From Somniosus microcephalus (lineage: Eukaryota), in the NCBI GenBank assembly GCA_052327205.1, contig CM126205.1, forward strand, positions 294,996,001 through 295,060,000: a stretch of 64,000 bases of DNA. The letters run 5' to 3'. Shown piece after piece: positions 44,481 through 57,500 of this stretch. The notes beneath the pieces are model-generated. The model did not search any database, was not told the origin of the DNA, and saw only the letters and a program-made list of their open reading frames with translations. Each line of letters opens with the position of its first letter. Position 1 is the first letter of the stretch. Made by a program: the position numbers and the translations under genes.

Positions 44481-46957
44481 GAGATTTCCTGTGGGACTCA
44501 TTAATTATGATGGATGCATGAACAGGGTTTCTGCCAATCTTCTGCTCAAGTTATGGCAACCAATCAGGAGAACCCTTGAGGAAATTCTTGGTGAAAATAT
44601 CTACCTAAATAAAAATATTTCATTTTCAGTCATCTGCTGCATAGGTTCTGTGTCAGCTAAGAGAACAGTTAGCACCTGCCTCTTGTTTTAATTAGCTGTC
44701 TGTGTGCTATTTCAAACAAAACCTGCTGGATCCATCATTATAATCACAGGTCTTTGCTTTTAAGACAATCTTGTTATAGCTTTACTAAACACATCGTAAA
44801 CCCACTGAATTCGATTTCTGTTGTTCTGATACTGTATTAGATTTGTTTGTGAACTAAAGTAAATACCTAAAATGCAATCTTTACATAAACATATATTAAA
44901 CCTCTGTTCATCTTGTTGTCTATTATTCCCCTCCTGTTCTTTCTTAAGTTTCATTCTATTTAATCTTCTTCTCCTGTCCATTCTTCTTTTCTACCTATTC
45001 TAATGTTCAAGGGACCAAGTTTGTGGAGGTCAGGGAATAGCTGGGGGTGACACAGTTTGGTGGCTCCCTGCTCCATGTGTGCACTGCATAAATTCCCTGG
45101 TGCCTTTTCTGTGAGTGGACAGTGCTCTTGCACAAATGGTGTGAGAGCTTAATTTTCATAATTAATGTGATGCTAATCAACTCCAATGGAATTTTATCAT
45201 GCTAATGCCTGATTCACACAGTGCACATATCCCCACATATAAAATGGGCATTAAAGTCCAATCACATTCTGGCATTGCTGGAAGTCTTATCTTAAAGACG
45301 AACTGCTGCAACTTTGACTGCTACGCTTACCTTTGTGAACGTGAGGTAAAGGTTCTGTGGGGCTCGCTGGATCCTACGCTGTAACTTTGGTGGAGCCTCC
45401 AGAAAGATGGCATAGACAGCTAAAAATGGCTGTTTATGCATTTCTCTGGGGACTCCGATAAACTTCTGCTGAAGGCAGAAGAAAGGCAAGTGAAACGTCT
45501 TAGGGTGGATTGTAGGCTGGCCACACTCTGTTGGTAAAAATGGCGCCGGCAGCTTGGTGCTTACACAAGCTGTACATTCTCATGCCGCATGGTGATTTCT
45601 GGCTTTAGTTAAACAAGGCAAGTTCCAAGCAAGGAATCCATCAGTCATTGGGAATCTGCCAGTTGGCCATAAGGAATATCTGGCTCTGTCCTAGTCATTT
45701 AAAGCTTTACCGCAATTGAAAGGGAAGGATGTTTCTGTGAGGCAAACATGTTAGTCTCACTTTCACTTGCTGGAATCAAGCTAAAACAGCATGGCCAAAC
45801 TCCCAGATGTAGCTGTGAAGCTGTTGCTTGCAGTGGGGGAAAGGAGGGTTGTCTTGTTTGGTATTCCAGGACACCCTTCCCCCTAGGAGAGCACTTCAGA
45901 CTGCCTGGAAGAAGGTGGGATGATGGGTAAATACTGCGTCAATATCCTCAGTGGAACTGGCAGCAAATGAGGAAAGAGTTTGCAGCCCTGAAGAAATCAG
46001 CCAAACCAAGGATACCAGAACATTATACCAAGTGAATGGGCAAAGTATGCCTGGGTTTCTTTACACATTGAGTGCAGCCGCATGCCAAGCATTCAAACCA
46101 TATGCCCCTTGCACAAACTGCAGCTGCAACTTGCACGTTTGGCACACTGCCCATTCAAAGGCTTCACAAGAATGAATTCCACCAAAATTACACATTGATT
46201 CACAACACAAAGGTATCACTTTAGGCCCAGCTGATAATTCCAACATTTCAACATGGTGTCTCTGTTTGCAGGACAAGGCTACATAAAAATAGGAGTAGAT
46301 GCACACCAGAGGAAAACTCCGCAATTATACTGAGTCCCTATGAAGAAGCCTGCATGGAAATTATTGGGTCTGCAGTGGAAGGAGAGGGAAGTGAACCCAG
46401 AGGCCATCCCTAAACTCACCAACCTTCTAATGTTCTTTCTTCTCCTTCTGTTCCCTCAGTCACTCATTGTCATTCACTCAAGCACAGCACTACAACACAC
46501 TGTATATTAGAATGCAAGTAATATTTGAAGTGACGTCATTAGACAGTGCTGCAGCGGGTATCCTTGGTCTCCTAGGAATCACGCGCAAAATTTGTTTTAT
46601 CCTTCAAATAAGTCTTCAGAGGACTCTCTTAAAATAAAAGATTCATTGCTACTGTTGTGGGAAGCACATCTCAACTGATCATCCTGTGCTGCTGGTCACT
46701 CATCACTTGCCAAAGCCCTTCCAGCTCATGAACAGCATTCGACTATGTGTAAGGGACTGTGCGGCAACATGTCTGCCATCAATTATACCCCTGGGGAATC
46801 CTTGGAGCGGAAAGCATTTCAGTGCCCTCCTACTTTACGATTCTTCATCAGTTTCCCAATAAAGAAACAATGCAAAAATGGCTTATTTGATGTATCTGTA
46901 CACTCCAGATTGACTGATCTTTCCAAACTCCAGATATGCCAGGCCCCAGACTTGGCA

Positions 46958-47226
46958 GTGAAATGAGGAGGAATTTCTTCACCCAGAGAGTGGTGAACCT
47001 GTGGAATTCTCTGTCACAGAGGACGGTGGAGGCCAGTTCATTAAATATATTCAAGAAAGAGTTGGATATATTTCTTGAGGCTAAAGGGATCAAGGGATAT
47101 GGGAAGAAGACAGGGACCGGGTACTTAATTTGGATGATCAGCCATGATCTCATTGAATGGTGGAGCAGGTTTGAAGGGCCGAATGGCCTACTCCTGCTCC
47201 TATCTTCTATGTTTCTATGTTTCTAT
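46958..47226 (+). mobile_element. CR1 3' end fragment (same family as 622-10820)
   Basis: EMRRNFFTQRVVNLWNSL, then the 3'UTR and (TTCTATGT)n. Confidence 0.92.
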
Positions 47227-48820
47227 AAGGGGTGGAACCTTTGTCCACCCATTACTTGGGCACCCATGAACAAAAAGGCAAGTGTTATGCAGAGTATATT
47301 TGTTGATGGCACCTACAACATGATGATTTTCAGATGAATAAAGTAATCGGTGACTCTTTGAGGGTCAACTCAAACAATATTGCTTTCTCTAAAGAAATTC
47401 CTGGTATAGCAGCTATAGGGATTTTCTGCACTATAAATTAAGATGCTGGTGCAACAGATTTTGGATGATTAAGATGAATGCAGGAATTGAACCTGACCAA
47501 TACCTCCTCACTGAGGGGATAAGACATTTGAAAAGGAACAAATGATCGGTCACTTCCTGACATCATAATCAAATATCCCTCCCCATGCTCAATTCATAAT
47601 TGAATGAATCCTTTAGCCAACAGTTATTTGTAGAGCGAGTTGTGTAGGGATGTATAACACAAGGCTGATAAATTTAACAGACAAATTCTGCTTTTTAAAA
47701 GTTACTGAACTTTTAATACTATTTGAGAGAGTAATGGTATGATCCTTTGGGAGGTCAGTTCTTGGCACTGCAAGTGTTTTAGAATAAACTGTGGGCTTTG
47801 TACATCCTTTCCTAGTCAGTTTGACCTGATCATTTCAACATGTACTGGATGCACACCCATCTCAGAAAGTAGTTTCTAATGGGCAACTCGAAGCTAATTC
47901 CTCACGTGCTTAAAATGCTTAAAAAAAAGGTTTTGATTAATTGATCTAAATACGTAAAAAATGGTTAATTTTGAATTGAAAATAATGAAATATACTGAAC
48001 TTATTCGTTTAGTACCACTCAATTTTATAATGAATACATGGAAATCATTAATCCTTCAGAGGTAATGAGGCATTACATCAAGGTGCACTGGCTGTTGACA
48101 CCTGTCATGATAATTATTGGTTAAAAAAATGGATCAAACCAGAAAAATAGCATCCCAATGAGCTTCACAGTATATAGTGTAAAAAAATAGTTACGATGGG
48201 GAGTGATTCCAAGGTTGTAATCTCATGATGGAGCTGAAATGATAGCACAAGCCACTAGAGGCTCATTCACCAAACTGATGGATAAGATGAGTGCTTTGTA
48301 ATCCTGCTATTTATCCATTATTCTCTATTTACTTCTAATACAAATAACATTTAATTTACCGTCAGACCTCATTATTAAAAACTGATGGGGGTCAACAAAG
48401 TAGGCGGTCTTGCTGGCTTCCAGCTTCTTTACTGATTATAATGATGCTTCTGTCAGGAAGTGAAGAGAGTTTGTTCGAAGCTTGTATTGCAGAGTTTGCA
48501 ATAGTGAAATTCCACTTAAGTTGTAAGTTTAGCTCGCATTCCTGTTGTTAAATCCAGTTTAACAGTAGGTTTTCAGTATGTAGAAACAAGTGGAAACATT
48601 CTTTAAATGCTATCAACAGGTTATCTGTCGCAGTATAGATATTTAAGGTGAGGCTTAAATTATTTTGACACCAAAAGAAGCAAGTGCTCTCTTATTCCTA
48701 CCAATGTAATCCAGATAGTTGTACTATCTAATAAAGTTAAGTGTAGATGACTAAATTTTTTCTTAAAACCTTGGTGCAAGGAACTGCCAAAATTACTCAT
48801 TAGAAACTGAGCTAAATCTA

Positions 48821-49095
48821 ACAATAACTCAAATTTATATAGTGCCTCTAGTGTAGGAAGATGTCCTAAGGCGCTTTACAGGAGCGCAATCAGACAAAAG
48901 TTAACACCAAGCCATATTAGGAAAGATGACTAAAAGCTTGGTCAAAGAGTAAGTTTTAAGGAGAGACTTAAAGGAGGAGAGAGAAATGGAGAGTTTTGAG
49001 AAGGGAATTCCAGCGCTTACGGCCGAAGGCATGGCCGTCAATTGTGGGGCGAAGGAAGTGGTGGATGCGCAAGAGGCCGGTGTTGGAGGAACATA
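48821..49095 (-). mobile_element. L2-clade LINE 3' fragment
   Basis: SISLSSFKSLLKTY on the minus strand plus an L2-type tail. Similar to 12677-13020. Confidence 0.7.
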
Positions 49096-49249
49096 GGCCG
49101 TGAAATTCGGCATTTAGCGCCGACTGTTAAGGCTGGTTTTGGCAAAAAATTGGCAGCTGCCTCGCTTCCACCCTGCGGTGACCACCATTTTGGGCAAGTT
49201 GGCAGCTCAGCCGTGTCCTGCGCTTGCTAGAAAACTGGTAATGAGTCAG

Positions 49250-49365
49250 ATCATTACATTACACAATCACTACACTTCAAAAGTACTTCATTGGCTGTAA
49301 AGCGCTTTGGGATGTCCGGTGGTCATGAAAGGCGCTATATAAATGCAAATCTTTCTTTTTTTTCT
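49250..49365 (+). mobile_element. SINE 3' tail (L2-related) inserted in the Harbinger
   Basis: CTACACTTCAAAAGTACTTCATTGGCTGTAAAGCGCTTTGGGA...AAGGCGCTATATAAATGCAA followed by (CTTT)n. Confidence 0.7.
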
Positions 49366-49649
49366 TTATCATGACCTCAATCAGTGTCCAACACTGATTT
49401 GACGCACAACCTGCCATTTTCAATGTTGCCGTTCCATTTAACGGCCTCTCCAAACACGAACAGCTGAACGTGTGGTATTTAAAGGGATCATCGTCAACAT
49501 CTTGCAGCTGAGATGGTTTTTCAGTTTGATTGGCTCTGTGTAAGTTTATGCAACAGTTTGGAGATTTCTACAGTTATTTAAAGTTGGTGAGGTGACAGGG
49601 AGTGGTGCTGCAAGTGGAGAAGGACTTAAAGGGCTCTGCTCAGACAACT

Positions 49650-50826
49650 TACTCCCAGTCCTGGGGGCTCTACTTGTAGTCCACCTCGCTCTGGAGTATG
49701 ACAGGGAGATGGAGCAGAGGCAGCAAAGAAGAGGACAAGCTCCTCGCAGAGGGAGGAGGTTGGAGTGGCAAGAGGGTTCTCAGCAGGAGGCCTTACCCAC
49801 CTAGGGTCTTCAAGAGCATTTTTCCTACCTGAACTTAAGCCAGGAGCAGTGTATTCAGAAGTTCCACTTCATCAAGGAGGTGGTCACAGAACTCTGCCAC
49901 CTCTTGGAACCAGACATGCAGCCTCAGAGCAGGGTGACGATGGTGCTGCCAGTGGCCCTCAAGGTCACCATGGCCCTCAATTTTTTCACCACCGGATCCT
50001 TCCAGTCTGGAGCAGGAGACAAAGATAACATCTCCCAGTTCACCATCCGTCGCAGCAGCTGGGAGGTCACAGACGCGCTGTACTCCAGGTGAAGAGATTT
50101 CATTGTCTTCTCTCTGAACAGAGAGAAGCAGCAGGAGCGTACATGTGGCTATCAGGCTTCCCCATAATGCAGGGCACCACTGACTATACACATGTGGCTT
50201 TGCCGGCGCCGTATATCAATCCTGAGATGTACCGTAACCGCAAAGGCTACCACGCACTTAATGTGTAGTTGGTGTGCGACCACGCCCAGCACATCATGAT
50301 GGTGAATGCCCGGTATCCTGGCAGCAGTCATGATGCCTTCATCCTGTGCCAGTCCGGTCTGCCAGCAATCTTCCAGCCACCACGTCGAACCTAAGGATGG
50401 CTGCTCGGAGACAAAAGCTATCCGCTCTACATCTGGCTGATGACTCCCCTCCACAACCCCACCACTCGTGGCCAGCACTCATATAATGAGAGCCATGCTG
50501 CCACGAGGAACCTCATCAAGTGGACCATTGGGGTTCTAAAGCAACGGTTCCGCTGCATTGACCGTTCGGGAGGAGTCCTCCAGTACTCGCCAGAGCAGGT
50601 GGTGGTCTGCCACATCCTGCACAAATTGGCCATCATGAGGGCACAGTCCTTGCTACCGCGGGTTCCGGGACCACCTCAGGAGAAGGAGGAGGAGGAGAAA
50701 GAGGAGTAGGAAGAAGTGGTGGAGGAGGAGGAAGAGGAGGATGAGGAGGAAAGGAGGAGGCAGGCAGCAGATGCCCGTTCCGGACAGGATGTCCATGAGC
50801 ACCTCATCAGAATCCGGTTGCTCTGA
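49650..50826 (+). pseudogene. Harbinger nuclease pseudogene
   Basis: VTELCHLL...LKVTMALNFFTTGSFQ, RNRKGYH, YPGSSHDAFIL, GDKSY, IGVLKQRFRC and an acidic tail. Stops and frameshifts are present. Confidence 0.88.
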
Positions 50827-51899
50827 ATGAAACCCATTGCTCACCACTTCCCCTTGCCATCCCTCTGTCACGGAACATCACAGCATCCTCTTGGGCACAA
50901 AGCTGAAATGTGAGCCACCACAAAACAAACATTCCAAACATAATTTATGAATGAATCAATCCAAAACGACATAACAACGTCAACTAATCACCCTTGTGAA
51001 TTCCCTGAGTGTCTGTCTTTCGTGTTCCTTTGTCTACTCAGTGCTACCAATTTTATGAATCAAACTATAACAATACTTCATGCAAAAGTAAAATAATTAC
51101 CCTTGTGCATTTCCTTAGTGCCAGTGGTCTGTGGGCCTTTGCCTGTCTGAGTGCTCCTATACAGTGCTACCCCAGTGGCTGCAGCATGGCTGGTGGAAGG
51201 CTGCTGAATTTCCGTGGTGGAGACTGTAGATGGCCTTGCAGGACAACCTCGAGTAGCTCTGGGCCTAGAAGGTCCGGTTGTAGACTGCACCACCTCGGCA
51301 TGGGCGGCAGCAGTCTGGGCTGACTGGCTGACAGGCAGGAGCCAGGGCACTGGCGGAGTGACAGTGGTGGGAATAGGAATCCTGTCACCATGAGAGAGGA
51401 CAGCAGGTTCTTGCTTCTCGGAGCCACTGCCACTCCCCCAGGGCGACGCTTCAGTATTCCCAGCCATTTGTTGGAGCACAGATTGCTGGATTGCTGTGAG
51501 ACCCTGCAAGCCCCTTTCCACACTTGTAAACCCAGCCATGATGACATCAGTCTGAGCCTGTGTGGCAGCAAGCTGAGATTGCATGAGAGCTGTCAAAGCT
51601 TCCACTGCAGCACTCTTTTAAAAAAAAAATTTATGAGGCATCTTGCCAAATACTTTCTGAAGTCAAAATATCAACCACTTTGCCTTTATCATGTAGGCTT
51701 CCAGCCAGATGGCTCTACATCCTATTTAGAAGCACGACAGAAAAAAACATTCACAGATGCACTTTCATTTACTTTTTTGTTCTTTGCATGCATTCCAAAA
51801 TTGTCTGTAAGTTGATTACTCATTCCAAAAATGGACTCTGATTCTTTGCTGTATTTTCATTTTTCATTGCTTTGTTCAGTTTTTTTTGTTTTCCTTCTT

Positions 51900-52510
51900 G
51901 GAGGCAGGGAGTGATCGACAATAACTATAAGGGAATAGGACCAGAGAGAAATTAAAGAGATAACCAGATATGATCGCAACCAAGCCTGAAGAAGATAGAA
52001 CCAAATAAGGCACAAATACAGACAATGAGGACAGAGAACCAAATGGGAAATGAACAGAGACAAAGTACAGATAACTATTGGAAATGACTGGCGATAGTAA
52101 CAGAAGAGGTGCCAGTGAAGGTAACATGTAAATAATAAGGGGAACAAATAACCAAATGCGAGAAGAAAGGCAGAGATACATAGAGAAATTCAAAAGTGAG
52201 AAGAATAGATAAGCAATTGGGAGATGAACAAAAGCACTAAGGCCGACAGATAGCCAAGTGAATGGAGATAGTGAGCAGGAGAAATAACCGTGGGGATTGA
52301 GTGGAGACAGCGATGAGGAGACATTACAGAGAACAGAATGAATATAAATAGTGAGAGAGGCAGATAATCAAGTGGAAAATTAATGAACATAGTAAGAACG
52401 AGAGATAGCTGAGTGAGGAACATATAAAGTCAATGAAAAGAATGATAACTGACAGGAAAATGCACAGTAAGTGAGAGGACAGATAACCAAGTGTGTAACG
52501 CATAGAGTAA
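51900..52510. repeat. Highly decayed purine-rich minisatellite
   Basis: Recurring ACAGATAACCAA(A/G)TG-like motif with strong A/G strand bias. Confidence 0.55.
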
Positions 52511-54531
52511 AAAATGGATTACTGATTGGTGGTTTTATTCCCATGGAGAATGGCTGTACACAGATGACGATCAGAGTTTTACTGAGCAGATGGTTGTGGA
52601 AATTATCTTTTCCTATCAATTATGTAAAATTCTAATATGGTAATCATGACTATTCTGGGAACACTTTCTGAATACGCTATGGTCTGCACATCAGAAAATA
52701 TACTGCTGTATAGCAGTTTAAGGTTAGCCCATTTATTTAACTTTCATTTTTGTGTTTATTAATTTTTATGCTCACTGAAGTGTGAGATGTCAATGATGGA
52801 GAATGATACCCAAGGGAGGATTTAATTAAATGGCAAAACTATAGCGTGGTACAGTTGAATTTATGCTTTACCTGGTGGCGTAGCAGATCAGAAATTAAAA
52901 GTCGTTTTTGACACAGTCTTGTGGTTTTGAATGGATAAACATCAACTGTTCTCAATAACTAATACAGCTAAAATTGCATTTCAAATTAATAAACATCTTG
53001 TCGAACATTTCATTCCGTGATCAACTATTCATTATTCAGGAATCATGGGAGCTATGTAAACCAATTAGAATGATAATCAAATACCCCACTGGTAAAACAA
53101 TAATCAGATTTCTTTCTTACTAAATTGCATTGCTTTATTCATTGGCTAGATGTACATTCTGTACCTTTCAGAGTTACATGCTGTCATCATGCTTAGTGAA
53201 TAGCTTTTCCACATATCCACCGTCCAACTAATGAAGTCCCAAGGTATATTTCAATATTTGTTTCACGATCAGAAAATGGTTACTTGTCCTCTGGTGCCTG
53301 AAGGACCAAATAAAGTGTCTGTAGAGGGATGTATCGCACCCAGACAGATCAATGAAGTAACTGATTTAAATTCCTGTAAATTAAATTTTACACCCGTTGG
53401 TCAACATAACCTTTCCGAAATTGTGGCTATGGCAACTCAATAGTTTAGGAACTGTCATTAATCATTGAAATGATTAATTGAATGTTGTAAATCTTCTTTT
53501 CATATAATTGTAGCAAGTAATGTGATTGTAATACATCAACCGGAAAGTAACCTTTTAAAATTAAAATTACATTGTTTTTCTTTGTTATCTGGTTTAAAAT
53601 CTGTTATGTTAGAAAGAAATGTAACTTGAGATTAATTAAGAAAATGTGAAACACAGCAAAAGGTTAATTAAAACTTTGACAGGGTAGTTTTAAACAGTGA
53701 AAATTAGCTTAAATAATTTTGAAGAAAATTCTGTTTTAAAGTCACAATGGCTTACAACTAAATTTGATATTTAAAAAAAGTGAATTAATACTAAATATCG
53801 CTACTCAGTTTAGGGTGCGGTTATACTGCAGACACCAGTGTCCAGATCTCAGTTATATTGCTGAGTACAGGGAAAGTGGCACTTTTGAGACTTTTGTGAA
53901 TGAGACACTGGTTATGCTGGTCAAATTCACAAATAATATGAAACATATACCACAGCTGACAATTCTTGATAGATTCAGAGACTTACCCATGAGATATTGC
54001 ATAATATGGCTGAATGGCCACAACCATATTGCAGTATAAGTACCTAAATAACTAATTGCAAGCAAAGTAGTTTAATTCAAAATAAAGTGCACATATTTGT
54101 GTTGTAACATTTGAATTACGCTCATTAGTGGATTGTACTACAATTCAGCCCTTGGTCTTTATAGTTGAATCTGCATTGCGTTATTATGCTAACATTAACT
54201 TTATGGCTGCAGATTTAAGGATATGTTGAAATAGCCAAAGCACTCTGAATATTAATGTATTTTGAGAAATATGAAAATGATTTTCTATGTTAAATTTTAG
54301 ATCTAGTTACACTAATTTGACTCTCTCCTGATGTTTTATTCAATGCTTTATTTGAAATTCATGCTATTTACAGATGTGCTGAATTTCTGTTCTATTCTCA
54401 AATTCTCACTGATTTGTTACAGTCCTTAAATTGTGTTTTTTTTGTCCTTGGATATGTAGGTTATGAGTTACAATTTTATGTTATGAGGACTGGGTGTTGC
54501 AGCAAAGTAGAAAACTACATTTCCAACAATT

Positions 54532-57500
54532 TATCAATTACTCATAAAAGACGGAGAGTTAGGAGAGTAACTAAAAGGCTTTTATTAGCAAAGAACAGAG
54601 CATGCCTCTCGTGGTTGACTGGGTTCCAAGAAGGCAGGGGGCTGCAGAGCAGTCACCTTTATACCTGGGCCTGTGGGTGGAGCCAGGGGCGGAGCCAGCA
54701 GAGGCATGCTGAGGCATGCATAGATACAACAGTGTGCAACAACAACAACAACGGTGAACAACAATAACAGTGGTTTACCACATTCACCCCTTGTTTAAAA
54801 TTGAGTCCGGCGGGGTGAAGTGTACTAAAGGTACGTGTAAGTAAGTCTATCAGGTGGCCTTGTATGCCGTCCTGATCGTTGTGGCGGCGGCGGTGATGGT
54901 GCAGCATCCAACGTTGAATCTGGCGTCTCATTGAGTGGTTGGGTGGTCAATGACGGGTCCTGGGGCTGCGGCATGCCGTCTACCGGGGTTGGGTTGTGGG
55001 TAGTGGTGGATGGCAATGGTAGTGTTTCAGGGGCACCCGAAGGTGCGAGGTCTCGTATGGAGACTGTGTCCTCCCGCCCGTCCGGGTACGCCACGTAAGC
55101 ATACTGGGGGTTGGCGTGGAGGAGGCTCACCCTCTCGACCAGGGGGTCCATTTTATGGGACCTCACGTGCTTCCGCAGTAGGACGGGTCCTGGAGACGTC
55201 AGCCATGTCGGTAGCGAGGTCCCCGATGTGGACTTCCTGGGGAAAGTGAACATTTTTTCATGGGGGGTGGCATTGGTGGCCGTACAAAGCAGTGACCGAA
55301 TGGAGTGGAGCACCGCAGGGAGGACCTCCTGCCAGCGAGAGGTGGGAAGGCCCTTAGATTTTAAGTTTAAGAGGACGGCCTTCCAAACCGTCGCGTTCTC
55401 TCTTTCCACCTGGCCGCTCCCCCAGGGGTTGTAGCTGGTGGTTCTGCTTGTAGCAATACCTCTCGTGAGCAGGTACTGACGGAGTTCGTCGCTCATAAAG
55501 GGTGAGCCCCGGTCGCTATGGATATAGCTAGGGAAGCCGAACAAGGCGAAAAGGTCATTCAGACATTTAATGACCGTGGTACTGGTCATGTCCGGGCACG
55601 GGATGGCAAACGGGAAATGGAAGTACTCATCAATTATGTTGAGGAAGTACACGTTGTGGTCAGAGGAGGGGAGGGGCCCTTTAAAATCGACGCTCAGGCG
55701 CTCGAAGGGGCGAGTGGCCTTGATCAGGCTTGCTCTGTCTGGCCTATAAAAATGCGGTTTGCACTCTGCACAGATTTGGCAGTTCCTGGTCATGGTCCTG
55801 ACCTCCTCGATGGAGTAGGGCAGGTTACGGGATTTGATGAAATGGAAGAACCTGGTGACCCCCGGGTGGCAGATGTCATTGTGGAGGGTCTGCAGTCTAT
55901 CGACCTGCGCGTTGGCGCATGTACCACGTGATAGGGCATCTGGGGGCTCATTGAGTTTCCCGGGCCGGTACAAGATATCGTAATTGTAGGTGGAGAGTTC
56001 AATTCTCCACCTCAAGATCTTGTCGTTCTTGATTTTGCCCCTCTGATTATTATTAAACATAAAAGCTACTGAACGCTGGTCAGTGAGCAGGGTAAATCGT
56101 TTTCCGGCCAGGTAATGCCTCCAATGTCGCACCGCTTCCACAATGGCCTGGGCCTCCTTTTCGACAGAGGAGTGTCGAATCTCGGGGCCCTGGAGGGTCC
56201 TTGAGAAAAAGGCCACAGGTCTCCCCGCCTGGTTAAGGGTTGCAGCTAGGGCGAAGTCGGATGCGTCGCTCTCCACTTGGAAAGGGATGGACTCATCCAC
56301 TGCGTGCATTGTGGCCTTCGCAATATCTTTTTTTATGAGAGTGAAGGCTGCACATGCCTCTGCTGTCAGGGGGAAGGAGGTGGACTTGATGAGGGGTCTG
56401 GCTTTGTCCGCATAGTTGGGCACCCACTGAGCATAGTAAGAGAAAAACCCTAGGCATCTCTTCAGTGCTTTTTGGCAGTGGGGGAGGGGGAGCTCCATAA
56501 GGGGGCGCATTCTGTCGGGGTCGGGGCCGATGACTCCGTTCTCCACTACGCAGCCAAGAATGGCGAGGCGCGTGGTGCGAAACATACATTTGTCCTTGTT
56601 GTATGTTAGATTCAGCCGCTGGGCCGTACGGAGGAATTTCTCTAGGTTAACGTCATGGTCCTGCTGGTCGTGGCCGCAGATGGTGATGTTGTCTAGATAG
56701 GGGAAGGTGGCCTGCAGCGCGTTCTGGTCAACCATTCGGTCCATCTCCCTTTGGAAGACCGAAACCCCGTTGGTGACGCCGAAGGGGACTCGGAGGAAGT
56801 GGTAGAGACGGCCGTCAGCTTCAAAAGCTGTGTACTGGCGGTCCTCAGCCCTGATGGGGAGCTGGTGGTATGCCGACTTCAGATCAATCGTCGAGAACAC
56901 CCGGTATTGTGCTATCTGATTGACCATGTCAGATATGCGGGGGAGTGGGTATGCATCTAACTGGGTGTAGCGATTGATCGTCTGGCTGTAGTCAATAACT
57001 AGGCGCTGCTTTTCGCCAGTCTTCACTGCCACCACTTGTGCTCGCCATGGGCTAGTGCTACCCTCAATAATCCCTTCCTTCAGGAGTCTTGCTACTTCGG
57101 ATTTAATGAAGCTCCTATCCCCGGCACTGTACCGCCTGCTTTTGGTAGCGATGGGCTTACAGTCGCGGGTGAGGTTAGCGAACAAGGGGGGGGGGGAGAC
57201 TTTAAGCGTGGAGAGGCTGCAAATGGTGCGCGGCGGGCGATTTAAAAGCTGCTGGCTGCAGACTGTGAGTGGGGGGAAGGGTCCGCCGTACGCTAATGTG
57301 ACACTTTTAAGGTGGCACTGAAAATCCAACCCCAGTAGAACGGCAGCGCAGAGATGGGGCAGGACAAGAAGTTTAAAATTTTTGTATTCTGTGCCCCTTA
57401 CTGAAAGGGTCACTACACAGTAGCCACCGACGTCTGCTGAATGGGATTTGGAAGCCATAGAGATCCGATGGCGCGTTGGCAGGACCGGGAGAGAGTAACT

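Larger units (their letters stand above)
49096..51615. mobile_element. Decayed, right-truncated Harbinger transposon
   Basis: TIR-like GGCCGTGAAATTC at the left end, a nuclease pseudogene on + and a Myb-gene C-terminal remnant on - (51078-51605). Confidence 0.8.

Noticed and set aside
45500-46450. Possible very old Harbinger Myb remnant
   Set aside because: The resemblance is only faint, and I could not define ends or a convincing translation.
54355-54532. 178-bp repeat as part of the LTR
   Set aside because: It lies outside both LTRs (left of one, right of the other), so it is duplicated target DNA.
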